From: an uncultured Gemmatimonadales bacterium
Lineage (GTDB): Bacteria; Gemmatimonadota; Gemmatimonadetes; Longimicrobiales; Gaopeijiaceae
NCBI GenBank assembly: GCA_963823035.1
Contig: CAWGKG010000021.1
Span: forward strand, 91,819-155,818
Direction: 5' to 3'
Length of the DNA: 64,000 nucleotides
Under the pieces are notes generated by a model. It did no database searches and was not told where the DNA came from. It worked only from the letters and a program-made list of their open reading frames with translations. Position numbers and translations under genes: made by a program. Below, piece after piece: positions 1-11,300 of this stretch; within the stretch, counting starts at the first letter, position 1, and each line of letters starts with the position of its first letter.

Positions 1-595
1 CTGGGGGAGTCCCCTCGGCCGATGTTCTACCTACTCGACGCGTCAGACCTCCTTCGCGCCGAGCTACGTCGTCGCCCGCACGAACGGTGAGCCGGCAGCG
101 ATCCTCGCGCCGATGCGCCGAGCGCTGGCGGAGGTGCAGCCCTCCGTGGTGGTGAGCCAACAGGGCACGCTGGCGACGCACTTCGGCGCCACGCTTTCGG
201 CGCCCCGCCTGGCCGCGCGCGCGATGGGCGCCTTCTCGGCGCTCGCGCTGCTGCTGGCCGGGCTCGGAATCTACGCGGTGGTGAGCTTCAGCGTGGCCCG
301 ACGCACTTCGGAGCTCGGCATCCGCCTGGCCCTCGGCGCCGAGCGCTCCGGCGTGGTGCGCATGGTCGTGCGCGAGGTGGCGGGCGTGGTTGTCGCGGGG
401 TTGCTCGTCGGCGTCGTCGTATCGGCGCTGGCCGCATCACGGTTGGGCGGGCTCCTGTACGGCGTGGACGCGTTCGACCCGCTCTCCTTCGGAGGGGCGG
501 TGCTCGTGCTCCTGGCGGTGGCGTGGGTCGCGGCGTACCTGCCGGCGCGCAGGGCGTCGCGGGCGGATCCGGTGGAGTCGCTGCGCGCGTCCTGA
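1..595 (+). CDS. ABC transporter permease (MacB/FtsX-type, ADOP-like), C-terminal part, 5' end outside window
   Basis: Typical FtsX C-terminus: GIYAVVSFSVARRTSELGIRLALGA...AAYLPARRASRADPVESLRAS. Probable frameshift before position 113. Confidence 0.9.
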   Translation, partial: WGSPLGRCSTYSTRQTSFAPSYVVARTNGEPAAILAPMRRALAEVQPSVVVSQQGTLATHFGATLSAPRLAARAMGAFSALALLLAGLGIYAVVSFSVARRTSELGIRLALGAERSGVVRMVVREVAGVVVAGLLVGVVVSALAASRLGGLLYGVDAFDPLSFGGAVLVLLAVAWVAAYLPARRASRADPVESLRAS

Positions 596-620
596 GCGCG
601 GCCGGGCCGAGAGCGGGGCT

Positions 621-2088
621 CTACCTCCGCGTCAGCGTAAGCCCCGCCGCATCGACGCGTGACACCCGCCCGTCGGCCCCGGTCGTGAAGGAGAACGTCA
701 TGCCGGAGACCCGTCCGATCGCGCGGTCCCCGGCCGGGAGGACGATCTCCTCCCTCTCGAGGTAGCCGGGGGACTCCGCGTAGAGGGACGAGCCCTCCCG
801 GGTGAGGGAGAGCGTAACCGGGGGCTGATCCGACGCGAACTCTCCCACGTAGGCTTCGAGCGCCGCGGCGTCCATCGGCAGCGCGTCGATCTCCCGCGGC
901 CCGTAGTCCGGCCAGCCGTACTCGGCCGCCACGGAGAGGAGGATCTCCCGCGCCAGCGCGCTGCCGGCGTCGCTGTTCGTCATGACCGCCGCGCCCCGGC
1001 CGAGCTCCGGAAAGTAGATGAGCTCGCAGCGGTAGCCCTCGTTCGCGCCCCCGTGCCCGAAGTGGAAGCCTCGTCCCTCGCCGCCGATCCCCGGCCCGAG
1101 GCCGAAGCCGGCGAACTGGGGCGTGAGCATCTCCATCGCGACAGGTCGGGACAGGATGCCACCCGGCTCGCCGGCGCGCGCGGCGGTGATCGCGATCGCC
1201 CACTTCAGGAGATCGGTGGGCGTCGTCCACAGTCCGGCCGCGGCCATCTCGGGATAGGTGTGCCACCGCCCCTCCACCTCGGCGCCGTCCGATCGGTATC
1301 CGACGGCCGCCTCGCCCCGACGGGACTGGGGGAGGGGCTGCTCGTAGGTGGAGCGCGTCATCCCGGCGGGGTCGAGCACCAGGCGCTTCATGAGCTCGGG
1401 GAAGGGCTCGCCGGTGACGTCGGTCATGGCGAGCTGCTCCACGGTGACGCCGCCCCCCGAGTACCGCCCGATGCGTGCCGGGCACGGTGTCGACCCGCAC
1501 CGGTGGCGTGTTCGCGGGCGCCTCGCCGTCCAGGATCTGGGGAACGGTGGGGACCGGAGCGCCGGGCGCGTAGCCCGGGAACCCGTGGACGGTCAGCCCA
1601 GCGCTGTGCGACACGATGCGACGGAGCGTCACGGGCGAGCGTCGGGTGAAGCCGTTCTCGGGCACCTTCCAGCTGGTGAGGAAGTCGTTGACCGGGGCGT
1701 CGAGGGAGAGCTTCCGCTCCTCGACCAGACGGAGCATCCCGGTGGCGGCCACCGGCTTGGAGATCGAGGCGGCCTGGAAGAGCGTGCCCGCCGTCACGGA
1801 GTCCGCGGTGCCGGCCTCCTTCACGCCGAAGCCGTGCGCCCAGACGATGCGACCGCTGTCGGCCACCGCGATCGAGACGCCCGGCACGTGGTAGCGCTCC
1901 ATGCGGTCGGCCAGCGCGAACGAGGACTCGGGCCGGCCTTTCACGACGATGCCCGGCCTCAGCGCTTCCGTGACGCGCGCCATGGCCGCTTCCTGGGAAG
2001 CTCCCGTGGTCGTGCTCGTGTCGCGTCCCGTGCAGGCGGCGGCGAGGGTGGCGAGTGCGACGGACAGGATCCGCAGGGACGCGCGCAT
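621..2088 (-). CDS. Class C beta-lactamase-like serine hydrolase, lipoprotein, frameshifted near 1475
   Basis: ATG at 2088 gives MRASLRILSVALATLAAAC (lipobox-like). Motifs VPGVSIAV, FQAASISK (SxxK) and SHSAGL; after the shift AAAGLWTTPTDL and FGHGGANEGY. Confidence 0.88.
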
Positions 2089-2244
2089 GACGGCTCTCCC
2101 GGAGATGTTGGAGGTGGAGGCCAAGATTCCGGCGGTGGGCGTGGCTGGCAAGGCTCGGCTCACGTTTCCCGGCCCCGCTGCCGATACCACCGGTGACGCT
2201 ACGTGCACGATCGTCACCTGCCATCCAGTCGGAGGGTCGTTTCG

Positions 2245-2779
2245 ATGGCCCAGTTCGTCGCGATGTCCGCCCATGCCGAGGTCAACGGGGAATCCGTCCG
2301 GTCGGTGATCCTGGGCATGGGCGCGTTCCAGCGCCGCGCCGTCTCGATCCTGAGCGCGCACGGCATCGACGACCCCACGCCGGGGCAGGGTATTCCCAGC
2401 AGGGTTGGCTGGACGCCTTCCGGCACATCGCCGACGAGATCGGGCCGAACGTCCTCTACCAGATCGGGATGAAGATCCCCGAGGTGGCGAACTTCCCCCG
2501 CACATCCGGACCGTCCACGACGCCCTCGAGGCGATCGACGTCGCCTACCACATGAATCATCGCGGCGGCGAGATCGGCCACTACAGGTGCGAGCCCGCGG
2601 GGCCCACCGCCGCGCGCATCCTGTGCGACAATCCCTACCCCTGCGAGTTCGATCGCGGGATCATCCAGGCCATGGCCCGGCGCTTCGCCGGAGGCCGGTC
2701 GGTGAGCGTCCGCCACGACGAATCGCACACCTGCCGGAACCAGGACTCGGAGTCCTGCGCCCACGTGGTGACCTGGTAG
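2245..2779 (+). CDS. V4R (4-vinyl reductase)-like small ligand/metal-binding protein, two frameshifts (about 2390 and 2498)
   Basis: GGAGG at 2231 precedes ATG 2245. Stitched protein: MAQFVAMSAHAEVNG...YSQQGWLDAFRHIADEIGPNVLYQIGMKIPEVANFPP...DVAYHMNHRGGEIGHY...CDNPYPCEFDRGII...CRNQDSESC. Confidence 0.65.
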
Positions 2780-2822
2780 TTCGCCTCCCCGATTCTCGGT
2801 CCCTCGCCACGCGGCGCGGCGC

Positions 2823-5158
2823 TCAGCCCTTCTTCATCGACAGGCCGATGCGGTTCCGCTCGACGTCGACCTCGAGCACGCGCACCTGCACGTGCTGGCG
2901 CACGCGCACGACCTCGTTCGGGTCCTTCACCCAGCGGTCGGAGAGCTGGCTGACATGGACGAGGCCGTCCTGGTGGACGCCCACGTCCACGAAGGCGCCG
3001 AAGGCCGTGACGTTGGTCACGACGCCGGGGAGCACCATCCCGGGCCTCAGGTCGCCGATGGCGTGGACGTCCGCGAAGGCGAACGTCTGGAACGGCGGGC
3101 GGGGATCCCTCCCGGGGCGCGCGAGCTCCTCGAGGATGTCGAGCAGGGTCGGACGGCCCACCCCGTCGCCCACGTAGCGGTCCGGGTCGATGCGGTCGCG
3201 GCGGCCCGCGTCTTCGAGCAGCTGCGCCACCGTGCAGCCGGCGTCGCGCGCCATGCGCTCGACCAGGGTGTAGCGCTCCGGGTGGACCGCGCTGGCGTCC
3301 AGTGGATGCGTCCCACCGGTGACACGCAGGAAACCCGCTGCCTGCTCGAAGGCCTTCTCCCCGAGCCGCGGCACCTTCATCAGATCGCGGCGCGTGCGGA
3401 AGCGGCCGTGCTCCTCCCGCCAGCGCACCACGTTCTTCGCGAGCGCCGGGCCCATTCCCGCGACGTACGTGAGCAGCGGGGCGCTGGCCGAGTTGACGTC
3501 GACGCCCACCGCGTTCACGCAGCTGGTCACCGTATCGTCCAGCGCGGACTTCAGCGCGACCTGGTCGACGTCGTGCTGGTACTGGCCCACTCCGATCGAC
3601 TTGGGGTCGAGCTTGACGAGCTCGGCCAGAGGGTCCTGCAGGCGACGCCCGATCGAGACTGCGCCCCGGACCGTGAGGTCGTGGTCGCGGAGCTCCTCAC
3701 GCGCCACCTCGCTGGCGCTGTAGATCGACGCGCCGGCTTCGTCGACCGCGATGATCGGGAGATCCAACGCGAGCTCGCGCAGGAACGCCTCGGTCTCTCG
3801 CCCGGCCGTGCCGTTGCCCACCGCGAAGGCCTCCGGGGAATAACGGTCGACGAGGTCGCGGACCACGCGCGCGGCCTCCTCGCGGCCGCCCTGCCCGACG
3901 GTGGGAAAGACGGTCGTGTTGTGCAGCAGCGTTCCCTGGGCGTCGAGCGCGACGACCTTGCAGCCCGTGCGGAAGCCGGGGTCGATCGCGAGGATCCGCT
4001 TGTCGGGGAAGGGTGGCGCCATCAGGAGCTCGCGCAAGTTCGTCACGAAGACCCGGATGGCGTCCGCGTCGGCGCGCTCCTTCGCGTCCTTCAGCGCCTC
4101 CCGCTCGAGGCTGGGAAGGAGGAGCCGCTTGTAGGCGTCGTCGAGCGCGAGCTCCACCTGATCGGTGGCGAAGCCCCGCCCGCGTAGATACCGGCGCCTC
4201 ATTCGCACCAGGGCGTCGCTGTCGTCGGGCCGGGCGTGGACGCGCAGGAAGCCCTCGTTGCTTCCGCGCAGGATGGCCAGCACCCGATGGGACGGCGCCC
4301 GGGACAGAGGCTCGGACCAGTCGAACCAATCCCTGAACTTTCCCGCCTCCGCCTTCTTCTTCTCGATCACGGACGAGGAGAGCACCGCGCGCTGGACGAA
4401 GAGCGTGCGCAGCTCCGTCCTCACCTGGGCGTCCTCGCTCACCTCCTCCGCGATGATGTCCCGCGCCCCGCTCAGGGCGGCCTCGCGGTCGGGGTGATCC
4501 GAGAGGTCGATGCGCGCTCCCGTCTGCGCCATGAGGGCCCGGGCCAACGGCTCGTAGCCGGCCTCCCTGGCTGCCGTCGCCCGGGTGCGGCGTTTCGGGC
4601 GATAAGGGAGGTAGAGGTCCTCGAGGACGGTCGCACTGGGCGCGGCCGCGATCCGCGCGCGCAGCTCCTCGTCGAGGAGGTCCCGCTCCGCGAGGGAGGC
4701 GAGGATCGCGGTTCGGCGCTTGTCGAGCTCCGCGAGCTGCGCCATCCGGTCCCGGACGGTGGCCACCGCCACCTCGTCGAGCGAGCCCGTGGCCTCCTTC
4801 CGGTAGCGCGCGATGAAGGGCACGGTCGCGCCGTCCGCCAGGAGGCGGGCGGCGGCGCGGACGCGCCCGACGTCCACGCCCAGCTCGCCGCGACGACGGC
4901 GGCGTGATCGGAGGCGAGGATCGCGGTTCGGCGCTTGTCGAGCTCCGCGAGCTGCGCCATCCGGTCCCGGACGGTGGCCACCGCCACCTCGTCGAGCGAG
5001 CCCGTGGCCTCCTTCCGGTAGCGCGCGATGAAGGGCACGGTAGCGCCGTCCGCCAGGAGACCGGCGGCGGCGCGGACCCGCCCGACGTCCACGCCCAGTT
5101 CGCTCGCGACGACGGCGGCGTGATCGGAGGCGGCATGTGCGGGTTCTTTCGGGGGCAT
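2823..5158 (-). CDS. tex: Tex-family RNA-binding transcriptional accessory protein (YqgF, HhH and S1 domains), 5' part duplicated
   Basis: GATVPFIARYRKEATGSLDE, LEDLYLPYRPKRRTRA, IDPGFRTGCK, PKSIGVGQYQHD and the S1 motif NVTAFGAFVDVGVHQDGLVHVS. Start uncertain (5158 or 5136). Confidence 0.93.
4695..5132. repeat. Tandem duplication of the tex 5' end (215 bp and 216 bp units)
   Basis: Units 4695-4909 and 4910-5125, each delimited by GGAGGCG (4695, 4910, 5126). The first ~130 bp are identical; the remainder differs by a few substitutions and one indel. Confidence 0.95.
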
Positions 5159-5164
5159 CCTCAA

Positions 5165-5575
5165 CTCACGGAAGTCGGCCAGAGAGTAGGAGAAAGATGG
5201 TAGCTCATGTAGAGGTAGTGGTAGAAGGTGACGAGCAGGTATAACTTCTTGTCGATGAAGCTGCCCGAGATCACAGGTAGTAGTACGGGTTGTCACGCAC
5301 GATGCGCTCGAGCTGAGGCTTCTTCTTGGACCGGTAGTCGGGATGCGATCGCAGCTCCACCCCGCGATCCCCTCGACCTCGGAGAGCACGGGCTCGTAGA
5401 TCAGCAGCTCTTCGACGTCTCCGTTCTCGATCAGGCAGTAGTACGACTGGCATAGAACTACTCGAGCACCTCCACGTACAGGTCGCGGTTGCCGCTGGCT
5501 CCCCCGCTGCCGGTATGGAAGAAGTTCTGCCGGTTGGACTGGTCGATCATGTGGTGGTCCGAGAAGATCACGTAT
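5165..5575 (-). pseudogene. Degraded fragment of a calcineurin-like metallophosphoesterase
   Basis: Manual translation gives YVIFSDHHM (DxH motif)...DLYVEVLE*FYA...YCLIENGDVEELLIYEP (GDxxD/E motif). It has an in-frame stop and several frameshifts, and no start is visible. Confidence 0.55.
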
Positions 5576-5752
5576 TAGCCACGACGGAGACGCCAATCGA
5601 ACAGGACCGCCGCGCCGACATCAAGGGGGCGAGGGAGGAGCGCCGTAGCCGGCGTCCCCCCCTTCGTGTCCAGTCCTCCGCCGATTCGACGCCTGGAGGA
5701 GTAGGTGGCGCGAGACCCCGCGCGTACCCGATCCTCCCGGAGGCGAAAGCCC

Positions 5753-6880
5753 ATGACTCCCAAGGTGACGCGATACCTCGCGCACGAACGACCGGGAACG
5801 CCGGTCCTGATCGTCGACCTCGACTGCGTGGAGGCGAAGTACCACGCGATGACGCGCACACTCCCCGGTGCCCTCGTCTACTACGCGGTCAAGGCGAACC
5901 CCGCGCGCCAGGTGATTCGTCGCCTGGCCGGGGTCGGTTGTCACTTCGACGTCGCCAGCCTGCACGAGGTACGCTCGACGCTCAGAGAGGGAGCGCCCCC
6001 CGAGCGCCTGTCCTTCGGCAACACCATCAAGAAGGAAGCGGACGTCGCGGAGGCGTTCCGGTTGGGCGTGCGGTTGTTCGCGTTCGACTCGGAAGCCGAG
6101 CTGGAAAAGATCGCGAGGGCGGCACCGGGCTCGCGCGTCTTCTGCCGCATCCTGATCGACTCCCTCGGGGCCGACTGGCCGCTGTCGCGCAAGTTCGGCT
6201 GCGCGCCCGCCATGGCCGTCGAGCTGTTGGCGCGTGCCGGGTCCCTCGGGCTGCGGCCGTGGGGTCTTTCCTTCCACGTGGGATCGCAGCAGACCGACCC
6301 CGGCCAGTGGGACCCCGCGATACGCCTGTCGCGTGACGTCTTCGGCGAGCTCGCGTGCCGGGGAATCAGGCTGCCCATGCTCAACCTGGGCGGCGGATTC
6401 CCTGCGACCTACCAGTGTCCCGTGCCTCCTCTCGAGGAGTACGGTGCGTGCATCCGCACGAGCCTACGGCGTCACTTCGGTCGATCCGTTCCCCAGATCG
6501 TCGTCGAGCCCGGGCGAGGGCTGGTGGGCGATGCGGGCGTCATCGAGACGGAGGTCGTGCTCGTCTCGCGCAAGGATGGTGGCGACGACGATACGTGGGT
6601 CTATGTCGACATCGGCAAGTTCGGGGGGCTCGCGGAAACCATGGACGAGATGATCCGGTACCGAATCTCGAGTCCGCGCAGAGGGCCCAGGCAGCCCGTG
6701 ATTCTGGCCGGACCCACGTGCGACAGCATGGACGTCCTCTACGAACGAGCGCGCTGCAGGCTACCCAAGGACCTGTGTATCGGAGACCGATTGCGCATCG
6801 CCGGCACCGGCGCGTACACCCGGTCCTATTCGTCGATCGGATTCAACGGGTTTCCGCCGCTGGCCGTGCGCTGCATCTGA
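5753..6880 (+). CDS. Fold-type III PLP-dependent ornithine/lysine decarboxylase
   Basis: YYAVKANP (PLP lysine), FDVAS, SFHVGSQ, NLGGGFP, EPGR, GPTCDSMD and GAYT. GGAGG upstream of ATG 5753. Confidence 0.95.
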   Translation: MTPKVTRYLAHERPGTPVLIVDLDCVEAKYHAMTRTLPGALVYYAVKANPARQVIRRLAGVGCHFDVASLHEVRSTLREGAPPERLSFGNTIKKEADVAEAFRLGVRLFAFDSEAELEKIARAAPGSRVFCRILIDSLGADWPLSRKFGCAPAMAVELLARAGSLGLRPWGLSFHVGSQQTDPGQWDPAIRLSRDVFGELACRGIRLPMLNLGGGFPATYQCPVPPLEEYGACIRTSLRRHFGRSVPQIVVEPGRGLVGDAGVIETEVVLVSRKDGGDDDTWVYVDIGKFGGLAETMDEMIRYRISSPRRGPRQPVILAGPTCDSMDVLYERARCRLPKDLCIGDRLRIAGTGAYTRSYSSIGFNGFPPLAVRCI

Positions 6881-6883
6881 GCC

Positions 6884-6933
6884 CCGAAAGGCGGCGGCGG
6901 GCCGGACGTGATCCCGACCCGCCGCCGTTTCGG
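6884..6933. terminator. GC-rich hairpin between convergent decarboxylase and susD, possible terminator
   Basis: Imperfect inverted repeat CCGAAAGGCGGCGGCGGG...CCCGCCGCCGTTTCGG directly after the stop at 6880. No long U-tract. Confidence 0.55.
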
Positions 6934-6951
6934 TGAAGAGGCCCGCCCGCC

Positions 6952-8316
6952 TCAGCTCGCGAAGTACGTCGTGCACTCCACCTGGCTCATGATGTCACGA
7001 GCCAGGCACTCGTTGAGCGGATAGGGGAAGCCGGGATAGACCCCGTGGGTCGGGGCCGCCCGCGGCAGCTCGTCGAGCATGTCGTACTGACGGTAGTCGT
7101 AGTACTGGAAGCCGCCCTCCCACAGCAGAGACAGCAGCTTGTTGTAGAGGATCTCGTGCAGCAGGTCACCCGAGTAGTCGGACGGCAGCGCAGCAAGTCC
7201 CCCGTCCACCGTGCGCACCGTGTTCACGTCGGTGATGGCGTCGGCGCGGTTGCCGAGCGCCAGGTTCGCCTCCGCGCGCAGCAGGAGCAGCTCGTCGTTC
7301 GTGATCCACGGCATCGGGGCCGTGAGGCTCTTGTAGACGTCCATCGCGTCCGAGACGGTGATCTCGTAGAGCGTGAAGGTGTCCACCGCCTTCACCTTGC
7401 GCGCAACGCGAGCATCGATCGAGCCGTCCGGCTGCGTCTGGGCGTCCGCACGGATGCGAGGATGCGCGTAGTGGTAGGGGCTGCTGTAGAAGCCGTTCGG
7501 CGCGTCGCCCGAGATCGTGCTGTAGTCGAAGGCCACGCCGAAGTCCATGTCGGCGCCAGGGTCTGCGAACGACGCGTCGACCGCGGCGATCGTGCCCGAC
7601 CAGTCGCCCTGGTACTTCAACGCACGCGCCTTGAGGGCACGGTTCACCTGCACGAACGACTGCGGTGAGTTGAAGGCGGAGAAGCCGGAGGGCAGGGCGA
7701 AGGGGAAGGCGCTTCCGCCCGCCTGCAGGTCGGATTGGGCCTCGTCGAAGAGCGCGTCGATGTAGGACCACACCTCCGACTTGCCGACGATCGGGGACAG
7801 GTCGCCATTCGGATCCGGGTTGGGATCGAGCGGCAGGCCCACGTCCACGGCGCGCGCCATGGCGGCCTCCCAGAGGGCGTCCGCCTTCATCGTCTTCACG
7901 AAGCCCGCGGTGGCCCGGCGCTGCTGCTCGTCGTACGGGGAGTTCTCCAGCGCGTCGAGCACCGTGTTGATCTGGGCCACCTGCGTGTACTGGCCTCCGA
8001 AGTAGAGGCCCCCGTTCACCGGGTCGATGGGGTCGACCAGGGCGTCGGTCGTGGTGCGCGGCTCCTCGGGACGGAGGTCGTAGCCCTCACGCCCCCACAC
8101 CCCGAGGCGCGTCACCATTCCGGCCTTGAGGCCGCGCTGTGTCGAGACGATCCCGCGCACCGCCGCCGCGATGGTGGCGGCGGTGGGATTGCCGGTCAGG
8201 CCTTCCCGCGCGGGGTTGTTGTAGTTGGGAACGAGAAAGTCGTTGGAGCATCCGGTCACCGTCGCTGCGATCGACGCGGCGGCGAGGACCCGGCGCAGAA
8301 TCTTGGTCGCGTTCAT
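6952..8316 (-). CDS. susD: RagB/SusD family nutrient-binding outer-membrane lipoprotein
   Basis: Lipobox TVTGC, helical TPR-like body, ELLLLRAEA...AITDVNTVR and LLWEGGFQYYDYR. Directly downstream of a SusC gene. Confidence 0.92.
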   Translation of the reverse strand: MNATKILRRVLAAASIAATVTGCSNDFLVPNYNNPAREGLTGNPTAATIAAAVRGIVSTQRGLKAGMVTRLGVWGREGYDLRPEEPRTTTDALVDPIDPVNGGLYFGGQYTQVAQINTVLDALENSPYDEQQRRATAGFVKTMKADALWEAAMARAVDVGLPLDPNPDPNGDLSPIVGKSEVWSYIDALFDEAQSDLQAGGSAFPFALPSGFSAFNSPQSFVQVNRALKARALKYQGDWSGTIAAVDASFADPGADMDFGVAFDYSTISGDAPNGFYSSPYHYAHPRIRADAQTQPDGSIDARVARKVKAVDTFTLYEITVSDAMDVYKSLTAPMPWITNDELLLLRAEANLALGNRADAITDVNTVRTVDGGLAALPSDYSGDLLHEILYNKLLSLLWEGGFQYYDYRQYDMLDELPRAAPTHGVYPGFPYPLNECLARDIMSQVECTTYFAS

Positions 8317-8335
8317 GGGTTCTCCTCGGGCCTGG

Positions 8336-11300
8336 TCAGAAGCCGATGTCGAACGAGAGCCAGAAGCTTCGGCTCGGCGGGTACGGAGCGACGTCGACGT
8401 TCCGGCCGATGGCCTGGGCGCCGAAATTCGACACCTCAGGGTCCATCCCGGAGTAGTTCGTGAACGTCAGCAGGTTGCGGCCGCTGAGGGTGAATCGCAT
8501 GAAGCGCGCCCGCCCCCAGATGCTCTTGGCCAGGTCCTGCGGGATGTCGTAGCTGAGCGTCACCTCGCGGAGCTTCACGAACGAGCCGTCCTCGACCCAC
8601 ACGCGGGACGTGCGGCCCGGATAGACCCGCAGACGATACTCGCCCAGCGTCTCGTCGCTCTGGCATCCGGAGATGTTGCACGGATCGCCGAAGTCGCCTG
8701 AGCTCTGGCTCAGGTCGTACAGCCACGCCGTGAGGTTGATGATGTCGCCGCCATGCTGCCAATCCAGGAGCCCGTAGAGGCTGAAGCTCCCGAGCTCGAA
8801 GGTGTTCGAGAAGCCCACACGGAAGTCGGGGTTGGCGTCGCCGATCGCGGTGACGATGCGCGTACCGACCGGGCAGGGGCCGTCGCAGCGGGGATCGTCC
8901 ACGACGACGGTCGTGTCACGCCCCACGATCTGCGTCGGGCTCTTGCCCTCCTCGACCTGGAAGCCGCCGAGGGCGGTGCCGAAGCCACCCGCCGCGAAGG
9001 GCGGCACGGGCAGCTCGTCGATGACCGACTTGTCCTTCGAGAAGGTGATCCGCGACGACCAGCTCATGTTCCCCGTCTGGATGGGGAGGAGCTGGAGGGC
9101 CGCCTCGTAGCCGGAGGTGGTCATGACGCCGCCGTTGAAGATCGCGGTGGCGAAGCCGCTCGACGGCGGCAGCGCCCGCCGGAGGAGCAGGTCCGTGATG
9201 CGTCGGTTGTAGGCCGTGACCTCGAGCTGGCCGCGGCGGTCGAAGAGCGTGGCGTCGAAGCCTCCCTCGATCTCGCGCTGTCGCTCGGGGTGCAGGTCAT
9301 CCGCAACGGTGGTGGTGGAGATGTTCAGCGTCTGCAGCCCCGCGATGTTGCCCGAGTTGAGGTTGCTGAACTTGTCCCCGTAGTTGGGCTGGTTGCCCGC
9401 CTGACCCCACGCGCCGCGGATCTTGAGTTCGTCCAGCGTACCGGGCACGAGGTCGGGGAAGCGGAAGGAGCCGGCGAACTTCGGATACACGTAGTAGCTC
9501 TTCGTGTCCGCGTTGTTGCTCGACCGATCCGCGCGCACACCCGCTGTCAGGAGCAGGCGCTCGTTGAACAGGAGGGCCTCCTCCTGCCCAAAGAAGCCGA
9601 GGTCCTTCACGAGCTGGCGGTTCTGGAAGACGCCGGGGTTCGTGCCCGCGTCGATGTTCGTCTGGCCGACGATCAGGTCCTCGTTGAGGATGCGCGCGAT
9701 GTCGAGGTCACGCTCCTCGTACTGCATGCCGAGCGACGTGGTGGCGCTGACGCCGAGGTCGGCGGGCTGCCACGTGTGCACGACGTTGGCGTTGGCGTTC
9801 ATGTTGAGGTTGTCGGTCTGCCCCAGGAAGCTCGTTCCCGGCTTTCCGTCGATGGGCTCGAACTGCAGCTCCGGCGGCGAGTAGACGACGTTCTTCAGGT
9901 TGAAGAAGTCGACGCCCCCCGACGCGCTCAGGCGCAGCGTCTGCTCGTCGGTCTGGATGGCGTTGACCTGAAGGTCGACCGAGCCGAGCATGCGCCACAC
10001 GGACTCGTCGTTCTTGGCGAGCGCCGCGGTCTGCAGCGGGTTCGAGTTCGCGAAGGGGTTGTCCGGCCAGGTGCCGTCGGCGTTCTGGCGGAGGTCGACG
10101 AACGTCGGCGACTGCGGGAAGGTCATCCAGTACGAGATGGAGCGGTTGTCGTTGTTCGTGAAGCCCCGCCCGGTCTTCGTGTGGATCCCGTTCATGTTGA
10201 CCTTGAGCGAGACGCGCGACCCGATGTTCTGGTCGATGTTCAGGCGGAGGGCCTGCTTGTCGTAGTACGTCCCGGTGATGATGCCGCCGTCATGCTTGCC
10301 CAGCGCAGACACGAAGTAGCGCGTGTCCTCCGTGCCGCCGCTCACGCTGAGTGCGGTCTCGTGCGACAGCGGGTTGTTGCCGGCCAGCTCCTCCTCGTGG
10401 TCGTAGAAGGCGCCCGCCTGCCAGAACTCGCTGGCGCGCGGACCGAACGCCTGCACGGCCGCCGCCTCCGTATCGAAACGGCGTAGGCCCAGCTTGTTGG
10501 AGAGGTCGAACGTTCCGAAGCGCTGGGTGAGCGAGAACTGCGGTGCGCCGGACTTGCCGCGCTTCGTCGTGATGATGATCACGCCGTTGTTGGCCTTGGA
10601 GCCGTAGATCGCGGCCGCGGAAGCGCCCTTCAGGACCTCGATGCTCTCGATGTCGTTCGGGTTCAGGTCGGCCACGCGGTTCGGGGCGTTGTCCTGGTTG
10701 GACGCGAAGCCGCCGTTGAAGGCACCTCCGCTCGCCCGCGTGATGACGTTCGTGCCGGAGGCCACGGAGATGTCGCTGACGATCACCCCGTCGACGATGT
10801 AGAGGGGCGTGGACGCGCCGATGATCGTGGATACGCCGCGCAGGTTGACCTGCATGCCCCCGCCGGGCGCGCCGCTGTTCGCCTGGATGTCGGCGCCCGC
10901 GATCTTGCCGGCGAGCTGCTGCTCGAAGCTCGCGGCCGGTGCCTTGGTGAGCTCTTCCGCGCTGACCGTGGAGACGGCGTTGGCGAGGTTCCGTCTGGCG
11001 ACGGAGGTGGCCGTGCCCGTCACCACGATCTCGTCGAGGTTGAGGGCGTCACTCGTCAGGGTGATGGTGACGTTCGCCTGGGCGTTGTCGACGTCGACCG
11101 TCTGTGTGGACCAGCCGATGAGCGTCGCTCGAAGTCGGACCGGACCGGCAGGCACTGCGAGATGGAAGCGACCGGCCTCGTCCGAGAACGTCCCTCGTCG
11201 GGTGCCGACGAGCTGGATGCCCACATCGGCGAGGGCCGCTCCCTCCGCCGAAACGACGCGGCCGCTGATCTCCCGTTGCTGGGCACGCAGCGCCATCGGC

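Noticed and set aside
4695..5132. Near-identical repeat pair as a diversity-generating retroelement TR/VR
   Set aside because: The mismatches are not adenine-specific, the copies are directly tandem, and no reverse transcriptase is present.
8753..10486. Long antisense or alternate-frame ORFs (this one, 31004-33571, 36719-38938, 44001-46214, 52173-54185 and others)
   Set aside because: These are expected in high-GC DNA opposite real genes. They are Arg/Gly/Pro-rich or mirror-codon sequences with no motifs.
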